A DNA stretch of 24,426 nt, from the IMG/VR virus record IMGVR_UViG_3300046103_000235, positions 1 through 24,426 of that record; one strand, written 5' to 3'. Of this stretch, positions 8,853-17,226 are shown in pieces (within the stretch, counting starts at the first letter, position 1; the number at the start of each line of letters is the position of its first letter). Below the pieces are notes generated by a model that saw only the letters and a list, made by a program, of their open reading frames with translations, had not been told where the DNA came from and made no database searches. Source of the DNA: a virus (lineage: Duplodnaviria > Caudoviricetes). The position numbers and the translations under genes were made by a program.

Positions 8853-9419
8853 TTATGTTGTCCCCAACACTTTCTTGTATCCGCCCTGTTTTTCAACGTA
8901 GTCATTACCTGCACCAGCAATACCGATCACGGCACCTAGAGGCGAAGGTCCTGATTTGTATGCATCAGGTCTGTTGTCCTCGATGCGTTGTGCTTCTTGA
9001 GATTTGATCCCCAGTACGTTTGATTCTAACTGGCTCAAATTTTGCGACATTTCAGATTCGCTTGCCATTGTGTTTCTGTAGTTAATCCCTGCAATATCCC
9101 AATACGCCTCATCTACTGATATTCCTTCAACACCATTTGATCCTGCCATAGTCAGCGAGGTTGCCTCCAACGCCCGACCTTCGAGTGCCTTGGCAAAACC
9201 GTCAGCAATAATTCTTTCATTCTCAATTCGAGCCTGATCCTGTGTCTGGTCAATCTCATCATTTGCCGACTGGCGTGCCCTGAGATCGCTTGCCGCCTTC
9301 GCTGCATTTTCAGCGGCTATTTGGGCATTCTGTTCGCTGGTAGCAGCACTCTCTGCCATGAATCCCGCGACCTTGCTGCCGATACTAAGTACCATGCCTA
9401 TAGTTGCTGGTTCACACAT
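8853..9419 (-). CDS. Internal virion protein B (T7 gp14-like), 188 aa
   Basis: MCEP start, hydrophobic N-terminus, Ala/Gln/Glu-rich coiled coil, G.EG.SVD motif and a C-terminal PSPLGAVIGIAG segment, at the gp14 position. Confidence 0.82.
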   Translation of the reverse strand: MCEPATIGMVLSIGSKVAGFMAESAATSEQNAQIAAENAAKAASDLRARQSANDEIDQTQDQARIENERIIADGFAKALEGRALEATSLTMAGSNGVEGISVDEAYWDIAGINYRNTMASESEMSQNLSQLESNVLGIKSQEAQRIEDNRPDAYKSGPSPLGAVIGIAGAGNDYVEKQGGYKKVLGTT

Positions 9420-9933
9420 GGGCTAACCTCCCGAATTCATAAAAGGGGCGCTGTTCAAATCCATAGGGAACCTTTCGGATAAACTTAAAATCTAGCCACT
9501 GAAGCCACCTATGGTGGATTGTGTTTCTAACGTCTGCGTAGTTCCAGAGGAGTGGGTGGGCGGCGTGTAATTCGTCGCGGAGTGCCCTTGATCGTCTTAG
9601 AAACTCTTTACTGTGCTGGACGATCCCGTTGGTGCCAACCATCCAAATTAATGCACCTGTTTCTGCGGGGACAGTCCCCCAGACGACAAACGGAACACTA
9701 TCGGCATATCCAATTTTAAGGATGTCGGATTGGCCCATGCCGCGTAATAAGACAGGCCAGTTTGCTTTGCCGGATGCTGCGTATAGCTCTGCTGTATCTT
9801 CATCCCGCAGGTTGTCTGCCAGATACTTGAGGGCGCGTATGTCAGCATCCTCTATGCTATATTCTATTGGATTTTGCTTGGTACATGCCTTCCCAATCTG
9901 TGCTGGAAAAGGCGGAGTTAAATGGGGTGTCAT
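9412..9933 (-). CDS. Internal virion protein A (T7 gp13-like, DUF2833/GNAT-like fold); start uncertain
   Basis: LADNLRDED.AEL.A..G, IWMVGT, LWNYADVRN..H.RWLQWL.F and PFYEF match the gp13-like family. It lies between gp12 and gp14. Confidence 0.82.
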   Translation of the reverse strand: MTPHLTPPFPAQIGKACTKQNPIEYSIEDADIRALKYLADNLRDEDTAELYAASGKANWPVLLRGMGQSDILKIGYADSVPFVVWGTVPAETGALIWMVGTNGIVQHSKEFLRRSRALRDELHAAHPLLWNYADVRNTIHHRWLQWLDFKFIRKVPYGFEQRPFYEFGRLAHV

Positions 9934-12178
9934 TTTTTACTACTATTCTCACTTGGTCATTTTTAGAGAAAACCGGAAAGCGGAATTCTCCGGTGGCGTA
10001 GCTCACTGAATCCAAGACGTTACTAGAGGCACCTAAAACACGACCGCTGAACGTATATGAGCGTGTGTCCCTGTTTGTAGGTGTCACCTCGACGGTGAAC
10101 TGGGCTGTATCTAGGTATAGGATCGAGAAGTATCTGAGTTGCAGCCGTCCATCTTGGATAGGCGTCTCAGCGCCGCGCTCCCCTGACCGCACATACTGGT
10201 GGGAAAACTCATACTCAAAGGTGTATGGCACCCCGACACTGAATGTTGCTGAGGACAGATCACCCGACACTAATATAGCAGAAGATGTCTGGCTGGTTAT
10301 CGTGGGGATCGTGCCGTCAGACTGTACGACCTGCCATGTGGCAGCTTCTGTGTAAGGCGGGGTGATGGTGGTTACATTAGTTCCTGCGTTGTAAGCAACG
10401 GTACAGGCTGTGTGTGCTGACTTCCTGTCAATAAGAATGTCATTAGGTGTTCCATCGAGACCTTCGCCATCTTCAACAACCATCTTATCGATGTGGACGC
10501 CTGAGTTTGACTTGTAGACGATATATAGGTCTTGCTCCAAGAACTCAGCAGACAAGATTGTGTACCCAGCAGGGAACGTCCATTCACCCCACGCCGACTG
10601 TAATTTCTCGTCACCACTATAGTACCACTTGTACATATAGAGTTTGTTTCTGTTCCCAGAGCTAAGGACAGCCATGAGGTCCTTGGTTGTACTCGTAGAC
10701 ATCTTAACGACATTCGCCGGGATGTAGCGGGGGACCTGAATTGTGATTACCGCTGAGTCTTTGTTATCTGTCTGGTCAGTCACAAACAGTTCTCTTATGC
10801 CAGCAAACGAGTTACCGTCGACAGCAAAGAATACGTTGGGGCCAACTGCGGTGGGCCTAGCTGTGAGCGAGGCGTCAAACGTAGTTGCCACGCGCATACC
10901 TACAGTCGCTGGCGTTAAGGTGTCACCACTTTCAATCTCAAACTGAACTTTGTCACTAAATAGAAGTAGTGTTTTTGCGTAGGGAATTGCTGCATAAAGC
11001 GTTGATACGCTGTTCGTGGTTGAAGCAACATCAATACGCTCACTGTCTAAAAGCTGAACCGTGGTTGTCCTGTAGAAATTTTCAAACTCTTGATTTTCGG
11101 AAAAGGTAACATTCTCGCCTGACAACAGTCCCATCCTGCCTTTGTGCAGAAATATATCGTTGATGTTACCGCCGACAAATGAAGGGTCTTGGTTCGTGTT
11201 GCTATCCCCAGCCGCTCGTGCCACCCATACGTCAACCTTGAAAGTAAATGTGCCATCGGTGTTTCGCACAAGTATATGTGGCATCGTGGTTGCGGTGAAG
11301 GCGCGGCCCGCGCCATACCCCACCGTCTCCGTCCAAACATTGTCGGAATAGGAGACCCAGTAATCGTCGCCAGATTCCTCAACGTCACCTTTGATCCGCA
11401 CCAGCCGCCCATCGACATCTTGAGGAGGTAGGTCTGTAAAATCTTGGAGGTCTTCTTTAAAGACACGCATCGACCGACCACCATAGCCGTCTGTGATCTC
11501 TACTTTGTCCGAGGTCGCAAGCCCTGAGATGGCTACAGTGCTGTTCTCAGTGGTCGCAGTAATGCCAGCGGTCACCAACGCTGTTTTTAACGCGGAGGCG
11601 ATCTCATCTGTTCCTTCCAGTGCAGTAGCGGCAGACACGTTAGTGTTAGTTGTATGTGTCGCTTTCAAAACATTGTTGACGTAGATCGCATAGGTTTTAT
11701 TTGCGATTGCCTGGAAAATATAAATAGAACACTGTGTTTCAGGGTTAGTTCTGGATTCAGTGGTTGCCGCAGCGGCGACGGTGTTCTCTTTGTTTACAAT
11801 CCATGTCTGGTCCGCCACTGAAAGGAAACGAAGGGATGCGTTGGGTGTGGTGGTGGTGAGATATGTTTTGCCATCCGGGAATGACACTGTTTTCTTGTTG
11901 CCTGCGAGGTCATATACCTCCAAGTCGCCATTGACACACACGATCATATACTTCTCAGTCGCGTCACGCTGTACGAGGTGAATGGCTGCGTCGTCAGGGA
12001 CAGTCAGGCTGGTTGCTAGTGTCGCAATGTACGCCGTATTGGAACGCTTCTGTAGGCCAGTGACCACACTAGGGAACGCATTCTTCATGGCTTGGCAGCT
12101 TGTGCGTAGCCGTATTGGTGCTGGCTGCTGGCTGACACCGTTGGTCATGTTGGGGAGAGACGATGATATCAGTGGCAC
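9857..12178 (-). CDS. Tail tubular protein B (nozzle, T7 gp12-like), 773 aa
   Basis: MPLISSSLPNMTNGVSQQP start, GLQKR, PSFVG..I.DIF..KGR.G.LSGENV, QSAWGEW and GRLQLR motifs. GTG start abuts the gp11 stop. Confidence 0.95.
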   Translation of the reverse strand: MPLISSSLPNMTNGVSQQPAPIRLRTSCQAMKNAFPSVVTGLQKRSNTAYIATLATSLTVPDDAAIHLVQRDATEKYMIVCVNGDLEVYDLAGNKKTVSFPDGKTYLTTTTPNASLRFLSVADQTWIVNKENTVAAAATTESRTNPETQCSIYIFQAIANKTYAIYVNNVLKATHTTNTNVSAATALEGTDEIASALKTALVTAGITATTENSTVAISGLATSDKVEITDGYGGRSMRVFKEDLQDFTDLPPQDVDGRLVRIKGDVEESGDDYWVSYSDNVWTETVGYGAGRAFTATTMPHILVRNTDGTFTFKVDVWVARAAGDSNTNQDPSFVGGNINDIFLHKGRMGLLSGENVTFSENQEFENFYRTTTVQLLDSERIDVASTTNSVSTLYAAIPYAKTLLLFSDKVQFEIESGDTLTPATVGMRVATTFDASLTARPTAVGPNVFFAVDGNSFAGIRELFVTDQTDNKDSAVITIQVPRYIPANVVKMSTSTTKDLMAVLSSGNRNKLYMYKWYYSGDEKLQSAWGEWTFPAGYTILSAEFLEQDLYIVYKSNSGVHIDKMVVEDGEGLDGTPNDILIDRKSAHTACTVAYNAGTNVTTITPPYTEAATWQVVQSDGTIPTITSQTSSAILVSGDLSSATFSVGVPYTFEYEFSHQYVRSGERGAETPIQDGRLQLRYFSILYLDTAQFTVEVTPTNRDTRSYTFSGRVLGASSNVLDSVSYATGEFRFPVFSKNDQVRIVVKNDTPFNSAFSSTDWEGMYQAKSNRI

Positions 12179-12802
12179 TTAGTACACTCCGCGATCAAAT
12201 GCAAAACGAGCGGTTATGCTGCGCGGCGTAGCACTGTCGGTAATCATGTTGTGATCTCCAGACCAAGCCTCGTCATTCCGCATAGCGGCGAGCGCACGGG
12301 CTTCATCCTGCGCGATGAACTCAGACATAGTGGTGGAGCCAAGGTGACGCTCTTGAAACACGCGGCTGGCGCGGAGCGTGATGTACCTTCGGGCTGTCTC
12401 AGGGATATCCGTGAAGTCTAAGAGTACGACAATGTCTACAGTGATGGTGGCGGCGTCAGGCGTGTATGTGTGGTTAACGCGGTCATACATAAAGCCACCG
12501 CGCATCACCAAGTCTAGGTCGCTGTGGGTGGAGGATGTCGCCGTATTTACCGCATCGATCCTTGCGGTGTTCACAGGGACAGCAAATTTATCATTTGAAT
12601 CTTTAACAATCGGGTATCCGATTTCGGTGTTGAAGTACCAGCCCTGCGACTGTACTTCACGGCTCACTGAACCAAGAATTGTCTGAGCAATCGTGGCGTC
12701 AACGACGTTTTCGTCCTCAAGCGTATTAACAGGGCTTTCTCCAATGTGAGACAACATCACATTGACGGCCTCAAGCTCTGTAGTGGCTGTTATAATTGCC
12801 AT
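12179..12802 (-). CDS. Tail tubular protein A (gatekeeper, T7 gp11-like), 207 aa
   Basis: TELEAVNVMLSHIGESPVNTL, VQSQGWYFNTE and P..AR.YI..RASR.F motifs. It follows the capsid gene. Confidence 0.95.
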   Translation of the reverse strand: MAIITATTELEAVNVMLSHIGESPVNTLEDENVVDATIAQTILGSVSREVQSQGWYFNTEIGYPIVKDSNDKFAVPVNTARIDAVNTATSSTHSDLDLVMRGGFMYDRVNHTYTPDAATITVDIVVLLDFTDIPETARRYITLRASRVFQERHLGSTTMSEFIAQDEARALAAMRNDEAWSGDHNMITDSATPRSITARFAFDRGVY

Positions 12803-12827
12803 TGGTTATCCCTGTATTGGAAAATTG

Positions 12828-12866
12828 AAAAAAAGGGACACCAAGGATTTCTCCGAGGTGTCCCTT
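12828..12866 (-). terminator. Tphi-like intrinsic terminator downstream of the major capsid gene
   Basis: Minus strand reads AAGGGACACC-TCGGAGAAATCCTT-GGTGTCCC-TTTTTTT: an 8-bp GC-rich stem plus a 7-U tract at the position of T7 Tphi. Confidence 0.9.
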
Positions 12867-12880
12867 AATTTTAGTGCGAG

Positions 12881-13852
12881 TTACGAGGTGGCGTTTTTAA
12901 TCGCGACCATGCACTCAGGACGAAGCGTACCGTGCCCCGTTGCCATCTTACTGACCATCAACGTGCCCTGTCGGCGGATGTCATATTCCGCTTCTGAAGC
13001 CATGCTCAATAATTCGACGCTACCAAGCGCACCCTTTTGCATAACGAGAGCAAGGTATGCAGACGCATTAACGCCATACTTGTTAGCAGCCGTGTCAACA
13101 GTGCCACCGGAGGTGTGATTGACCGCAAGGTTGTTGGTCATGATGACCTGCATCCCAGCGACATTGATCACAGTGCCGTCAGAGTAGACACCATTGGTTC
13201 CGCCAAAGTCGCGGTTCACAATTTTGTCATTCTGGACCATGCCGTAATATGCGGCAGGGCTTACGAAGACGAAACGATCTTCTTTCGGCACATTCTTCTC
13301 ATCCAGCTTCTGAGCGGCGGTATAAATCTGGCCGACAAAAGTGGACACGTTGGCAGCGGTTGCCATACTAAGCACACCAGCCTGAACGATCTGTTCAGAA
13401 GTGCCCTGATCCGCAATTGCAGTCGGGGGCGTGGCGCAGTCCTTGATAGCCATAGACAGCAAGTTGCGGTCATAGGTCTGTGCAAGGGCCTGACCAAGCT
13501 GCGTGGAGTACTCAGAACGCACATCATAGTGGTTCTTGGCTTCGTCAAGGTTGGCGATGAAAGCACTTGAGATAAGCAGGTCATCAATTGTGATAACCTT
13601 TTCATTGTGCTTGATTGTGGTGCCATTGATTTCAGCACCTGGCGTGTGATAAGCGGCTACCGTTTTACCGATTGCCGGGAATTGCGCCGATTTACCCGAA
13701 GAGATGTTCCGAGCGCGAACACGCTCTTTCATAACGGTGTTAGCATTGAACGAGGCCATAACCTCGCCAGAAAACACTTTCAGAAAGAGGGCATCATAGC
13801 CTGTTCCCGTTGCTTCAACGAGACCAAGCCGAGAGACTGTGGCATTTGCCAT
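12881..13852 (-). CDS. Major capsid protein (T7 gp10-like), 323 aa
   Basis: ALFLKVFSGEV, R.ISSGKSAQFP..G, E..ITIDDLL, HYDVRSEYS.QLG.ALA and GHG.LRPE motifs. SD AAGGA precedes the ATG. Confidence 0.97.
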   Translation of the reverse strand: MANATVSRLGLVEATGTGYDALFLKVFSGEVMASFNANTVMKERVRARNISSGKSAQFPAIGKTVAAYHTPGAEINGTTIKHNEKVITIDDLLISSAFIANLDEAKNHYDVRSEYSTQLGQALAQTYDRNLLSMAIKDCATPPTAIADQGTSEQIVQAGVLSMATAANVSTFVGQIYTAAQKLDEKNVPKEDRFVFVSPAAYYGMVQNDKIVNRDFGGTNGVYSDGTVINVAGMQVIMTNNLAVNHTSGGTVDTAANKYGVNASAYLALVMQKGALGSVELLSMASEAEYDIRRQGTLMVSKMATGHGTLRPECMVAIKNATS

Positions 13853-13888
13853 AGCTTTAGTCCTTTTTAAAATTAAACAAGAGTTAGT

Positions 13889-13955
13889 TCTTCAACGGCT
13901 TCACGGGAACAGGATTATCCCTCGTAAGGGGTCCAGCAGGATGAAGATTTGAAGA
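13889..13955 (-). promoter_or_regulatory. Putative structured 5' leader of the capsid mRNA (nested stem-loop with UACG tetraloop)
   Basis: Nested pairings on the minus strand: UCUUCAA/UUGAAGA, CUUCAU/GUGAAG, GGA/UCC and an apical CCCU-UACG-AGGG. Confidence 0.6.
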
Positions 13956-13999
13956 CAAGGGCCGTCACCCAAGCGCCCTCCTAAAGAGGAGCGGTGCTA

Positions 14000-14164
14000 T
14001 TAGTCCCATCTTTGGATATGTCGATATTTATCTTCTAATGTCGAATGGAATCGATGATTTTGATTTTCTATTAGTTTGGATTCCACAATCGCCAATCGTT
14101 GTCTAAGGCCATCAAGCTCCGTGATTACCCTTTCAAATTCCTTGGATACGTCTTTATCAATCAT
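14000..14164 (-). CDS. Unannotated 54-aa coiled-coil protein (below the ORF-track cutoff)
   Basis: Hand translation: MIDKDVSKEFERVITELDGLRQRLAIVESKLIENQNHRFHSTLEDKYRHIQRWD. The start overlaps the HNH stop (ATGATG/TGATG), the ORF ends in tandem TAA TAG, and hydrophobic residues fall in a heptad pattern. Confidence 0.65.
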   Translation of the reverse strand: MIDKDVSKEFERVITELDGLRQRLAIVESKLIENQNHRFHSTLEDKYRHIQRWD

Positions 14165-14382
14165 CATTTCATTGAACGGTTTTTACCCTTGGAGATGATC
14201 GAAAGGTTGCTGCTGGAGTTGTTTTGGGTGTTTCTGTCCTTGTGGTGGACATCCTTGCCAGCTACAGCAGACGCACCTTTCTTTTGGATCATCAGTGAGC
14301 GGGCAGCGTTTCGCCCTGCTCTGCGCTTCTTCTGCGCTGGCTTACCGTGGTAGTCGCGGTATTCCTTCGCATAGTCACGCAT
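14164..14382 (-). CDS. Small basic HNH endonuclease-like protein, 72 aa
   Basis: MRDYAKEY..YHG.P.QKKRRAGRN.AR...GKDVHHKD.N..NN...NL...S...NR is the small phage HNH (H-N-N) pattern. SD GAGGA is present. Confidence 0.82.
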   Translation of the reverse strand: MRDYAKEYRDYHGKPAQKKRRAGRNAARSLMIQKKGASAVAGKDVHHKDRNTQNNSSSNLSIISKGKNRSMK

Positions 14383-14384
14383 AA

Positions 14385-15158
14385 TTATCCTCTACGAGAT
14401 TCTAGAATGTTACTGTTGCCGAGGCGTTTCTCAACATCTGCACGGAAGGCCGGGTCGGACTTGTATGAGGGTGAATTCATATCGGTCATTAATTCCGCCA
14501 TGGACCTGTAGGTCCCACCGAGGTTACCTGAGATGCCACCTTGGACCTGACGTGCAGGCTCCGCACCTTCGGAGGCAACATACCGTGCCTTCAATCCATT
14601 AACAGCAAGATCAACCGAGGCCATCTGGTTTGAGTTTACTGCGTCGTTGTAGGCATCAACTTCAGCCTCACTGAGGTTTTCACCGGCCCAGGCGACCATA
14701 CTTGAGTATGCCTCTTGACCGCCGACAGTCTCATAGACCTTGGCCTGTGCTACTTCGACCTGTGCAGCCTGCGCTTCAATGTAGCTATTGACGATGTTGC
14801 GCGGTATACCCGCCTTCTCAAGGTTGTCATACGCCTTGTCAGATAGTTCGCCGTTCTCAGCGTACTCACTGGACAGTGCGTCAAAATCCACACCTGCTGA
14901 CTCGACCGCTTCCCGCGCTTCATCAGTAGATGCTGGCTCTTCCTCAGCACTACTACTCTGGCGCTTCTCTAGCTCAGAGTATGCCTGTGCTAAATCCTCA
15001 GCGGACTTGAATTTCTCAGGTAGCCAATCAGGGCGATCTTCAGTTTTAGGAACCTCCTGCTCGCCATCAACGGATATCCCCATCTCTTTGGCAGTCTGCT
15101 CTAGTGTAGGCTGCGTGTCGTCTGTGTTCTCTGCTGCAATGGTAACTGTTTCAACCAT
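14385..15158 (-). CDS. Capsid assembly scaffolding protein (T7 gp9-like), 257 aa
   Basis: Acidic protein with RPDWLPEKFKSAEDLA.AYSELEK, VGG.E.Y..M..WA and C-terminal Y.SDPAFR..VE.RL motifs. It follows the portal. Confidence 0.93.
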   Translation of the reverse strand: MVETVTIAAENTDDTQPTLEQTAKEMGISVDGEQEVPKTEDRPDWLPEKFKSAEDLAQAYSELEKRQSSSAEEEPASTDEAREAVESAGVDFDALSSEYAENGELSDKAYDNLEKAGIPRNIVNSYIEAQAAQVEVAQAKVYETVGGQEAYSSMVAWAGENLSEAEVDAYNDAVNSNQMASVDLAVNGLKARYVASEGAEPARQVQGGISGNLGGTYRSMAELMTDMNSPSYKSDPAFRADVEKRLGNSNILESRRG

Positions 15159-16793
15159 CTATTCGGTTTGCTCCGTTAATTGCGCTGCCATCTGCTGCAA
15201 CATCTCAGGGTCTATGCCCTGCGCGATTTCACTAGCTGCATTGACGGCGGGACCAGCGGCCCCACCCACGGCTTTACCAGCCATGTCCATCATGCCTTGC
15301 TGTTGCATTTGGCTTTGCTGTTGCTGTTGTGCGGCCTGTTGCTCCTGCTGAAGTTGTTCAGCCGATTTAACCAGACCATCCATATCGATGCCGAGGGACG
15401 TGCCCCGGCGTTTAATGTAATCAGATATATTAAGGTGCTGCGCGATAACTTCTGGCGGCAGCATTTGAAGACCCTGTAGAAACATTTCGAGTTTCTCAAG
15501 ATCGTGCCCGCGTCCTAAGGCTTCCAGCCCCGTCACAATTGACGGCTTGACCACTCCCTTAGGAAGAGCCGGTAGACGGCGCTGTTTGACCATGCGGTCA
15601 ATTACGCGGTTCACCAGTGGTAGCTGGAATTCCTCAGACATCAGGCTAAAACTGCCGCCGAGGGCGTCGTCAAGCTGCTGTGACATGCGTCTGATTTCAG
15701 TGGCTGTCACTCTCTCGCCGTCGCGCTGGACAGCAGTGTTCTCCAAGAATGCAAAACTAAGCCGTTGTTCAATACCTTGGGCAGTCTCTCGCGCCACCCG
15801 CATGTCTTGATACTTGTCGGTCTGTAGTACTGTGACTTCGTTGGCGTTACCGGAAACGATTGCACCGTTTGCCGCCTCAGCAATATCACGGGCGCGTGTG
15901 GTGCCATTGGGGTTGACCATGAACACAACTTTTGCACTTGCTGCTGTTGCTTCTAGTATGGCCTTGCTGATTCCTTCGAGGCTGATTAGGTCGCCTTTGT
16001 ACTCTTCGACGTAAGACCTTCCCCAGTCCTCGCCGTCGATGCGTGTCCACCGGAGGGGTAGCATCGGTGATTTGTCGATGGCCCATGAGCCTTCAGATTT
16101 TGGCACTACTGTGCCGTTAATTTCCTGATACAGCCGCCACTTTTTATTGTCGCGGTACATGGCAGTGTAAACATCAACCGCAGCGTCACTCACTGATTTC
16201 TGTTCGTTGCGCGGCATGGTCTGCATCACCAGTTCGCGGATGTCATCATCAAGTGCCATCGGATTGATGGTCTCTTTTATGATGATCTGGAGCGGGTCTC
16301 CCATGGGGTCGCGCTTGACCACATAGCGGCGCATGTCAAATACCCGCGCACCTTCTTTTTTAGGTAGGTAGATAAGGACATTGCCGGACACTACTAGCTG
16401 CTTGAGTGCCTCGAAAATTGGTGATCTCAGGTTCTGACTTTCAATCTCAGCCTGGACTGATCGTTCAATTTTATTAAGAGCCTCATCAACTTTGGCGCGT
16501 TGGCCTTGTTCTTGTGCCAGTTCCTCAGCGGTGAAGTCATCAATGATAAAACGAAAGAATGGTGTGTTCGGCGGAAGGAGTGACAGCAGAAGTTTTGACG
16601 CCAGATTATTGACACCTCTAGCGCCTATACCCTGATACGGAGTGTGTAAAATTGTACCGGCTGACTGGCCTGAGTCAGGCATCAGCGCCGGGATCGTCAG
16701 TTTTGCACATTCTCGCGCTCTGTTCAGATATGTCTCGCGTTCTGCGGCAAGCTGCTCATATCGTGACGCGCAGGAGGCACCGTTTGCCAGCAT
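15159..16793 (-). CDS. Portal / head-tail connector (T7 gp8-like), 544 aa
   Basis: PYQGIGARGVNNLASKL.L.LLPP..PFF, GEDWGRS.VEEY.GDL.SLE, RDGERVTATEIR and TGLEALGRGHDL motifs. Confidence 0.97.
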   Translation of the reverse strand: MLANGASCASRYEQLAAERETYLNRARECAKLTIPALMPDSGQSAGTILHTPYQGIGARGVNNLASKLLLSLLPPNTPFFRFIIDDFTAEELAQEQGQRAKVDEALNKIERSVQAEIESQNLRSPIFEALKQLVVSGNVLIYLPKKEGARVFDMRRYVVKRDPMGDPLQIIIKETINPMALDDDIRELVMQTMPRNEQKSVSDAAVDVYTAMYRDNKKWRLYQEINGTVVPKSEGSWAIDKSPMLPLRWTRIDGEDWGRSYVEEYKGDLISLEGISKAILEATAASAKVVFMVNPNGTTRARDIAEAANGAIVSGNANEVTVLQTDKYQDMRVARETAQGIEQRLSFAFLENTAVQRDGERVTATEIRRMSQQLDDALGGSFSLMSEEFQLPLVNRVIDRMVKQRRLPALPKGVVKPSIVTGLEALGRGHDLEKLEMFLQGLQMLPPEVIAQHLNISDYIKRRGTSLGIDMDGLVKSAEQLQQEQQAAQQQQQSQMQQQGMMDMAGKAVGGAAGPAVNAASEIAQGIDPEMLQQMAAQLTEQTE

Positions 16794-17020
16794 CAGTTAG
16801 CCGTGTTCACACCAACGCCATCGGAACCGCTGGTGTTCTTGGCGATGTTCAATGGCGTCTGATATTTCTTTGTGCCCTTTGCCTTCTTTTTCTGCTTATC
16901 CGCAGTGGTCTTGGCATCAATTTTCTCAGGCACTACCTGCTCCAACATCGGAGGTGGGGCCGGTGGTGGCGCTGGTGGGGCAGGCTGGGGCGCGGCGGCA
17001 GGTGAGTTTCCGAAACACAT
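16793..17020 (-). CDS. Small virion protein (T7 gp6.7-like), 75 aa
   Basis: MCF start, Pro-rich stretch, Lys-rich KKKAKG..Y...L.I and a G.GVN end, immediately before the portal. SD AAGGA is present. Confidence 0.72.
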   Translation of the reverse strand: MCFGNSPAAAPQPAPPAPPPAPPPMLEQVVPEKIDAKTTADKQKKKAKGTKKYQTPLNIAKNTSGSDGVGVNTAN

Positions 17021-17028
17021 GGTGGTGG

Positions 17029-17226
17029 TTATCCTTTATTTGCCGTGAGAATGTTGTCCTGCTGATCGGCCATCACTCTCTTGAGGTGCCGGACTACGGA
17101 CACCTGACCTGCGCGAAACCAGATTTGACGCTCAGTGTCTGTCATATTTGTCGCATCAAGGGCGATGTCTGGGAACTGTTCAGCCAGATAGAAAATTAAA
17201 TCTTCGGGGATCATTGGTGTAGACAT
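17029..17226 (-). CDS. Conserved small protein (T7 gp6.5-like position), 65 aa
   Basis: P.IPEDLI.YL...FPD...RQIWFRAGQVSVVRHLK is a common first late gene in T7-like marine phages. Confidence 0.75.
   Translation of the reverse strand: MSTPMIPEDLIFYLAEQFPDIALDATNMTDTERQIWFRAGQVSVVRHLKRVMADQQDNILTANKG

Noticed and set aside
12803-12905. T7-style gp10A/10B frameshift or readthrough capsid extension
   Set aside because: The end sequence ATT AAA AAC is not a canonical X XXY YYZ slippery site. The terminator starts about 14 nt after the stop, and the extensions I checked (readthrough and -1 frame) are short and run through the hairpin.
14099-14353. Plus-strand 84-aa hydrophobic ORF opposite the HNH (holin-like look)
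   Set aside because: It is antisense to a recognisable HNH gene and has no RBS. Its Phe/Leu richness mirrors Lys/Glu/Asn codons on the coding strand.
15290-15360. Poly-Gln (CAG/CAA-rich) tract near the portal C-terminus
   Set aside because: Gln-rich tails are common in T7-like portal proteins, and the codons are mixed, so it is not a contingency repeat.
2902-16793. Genome-wide amber (TAG) stop recoding
   Set aside because: All core genes are full length under the standard code. TAG appears only at natural gene ends, and gp12 readthrough would stop again within four codons.
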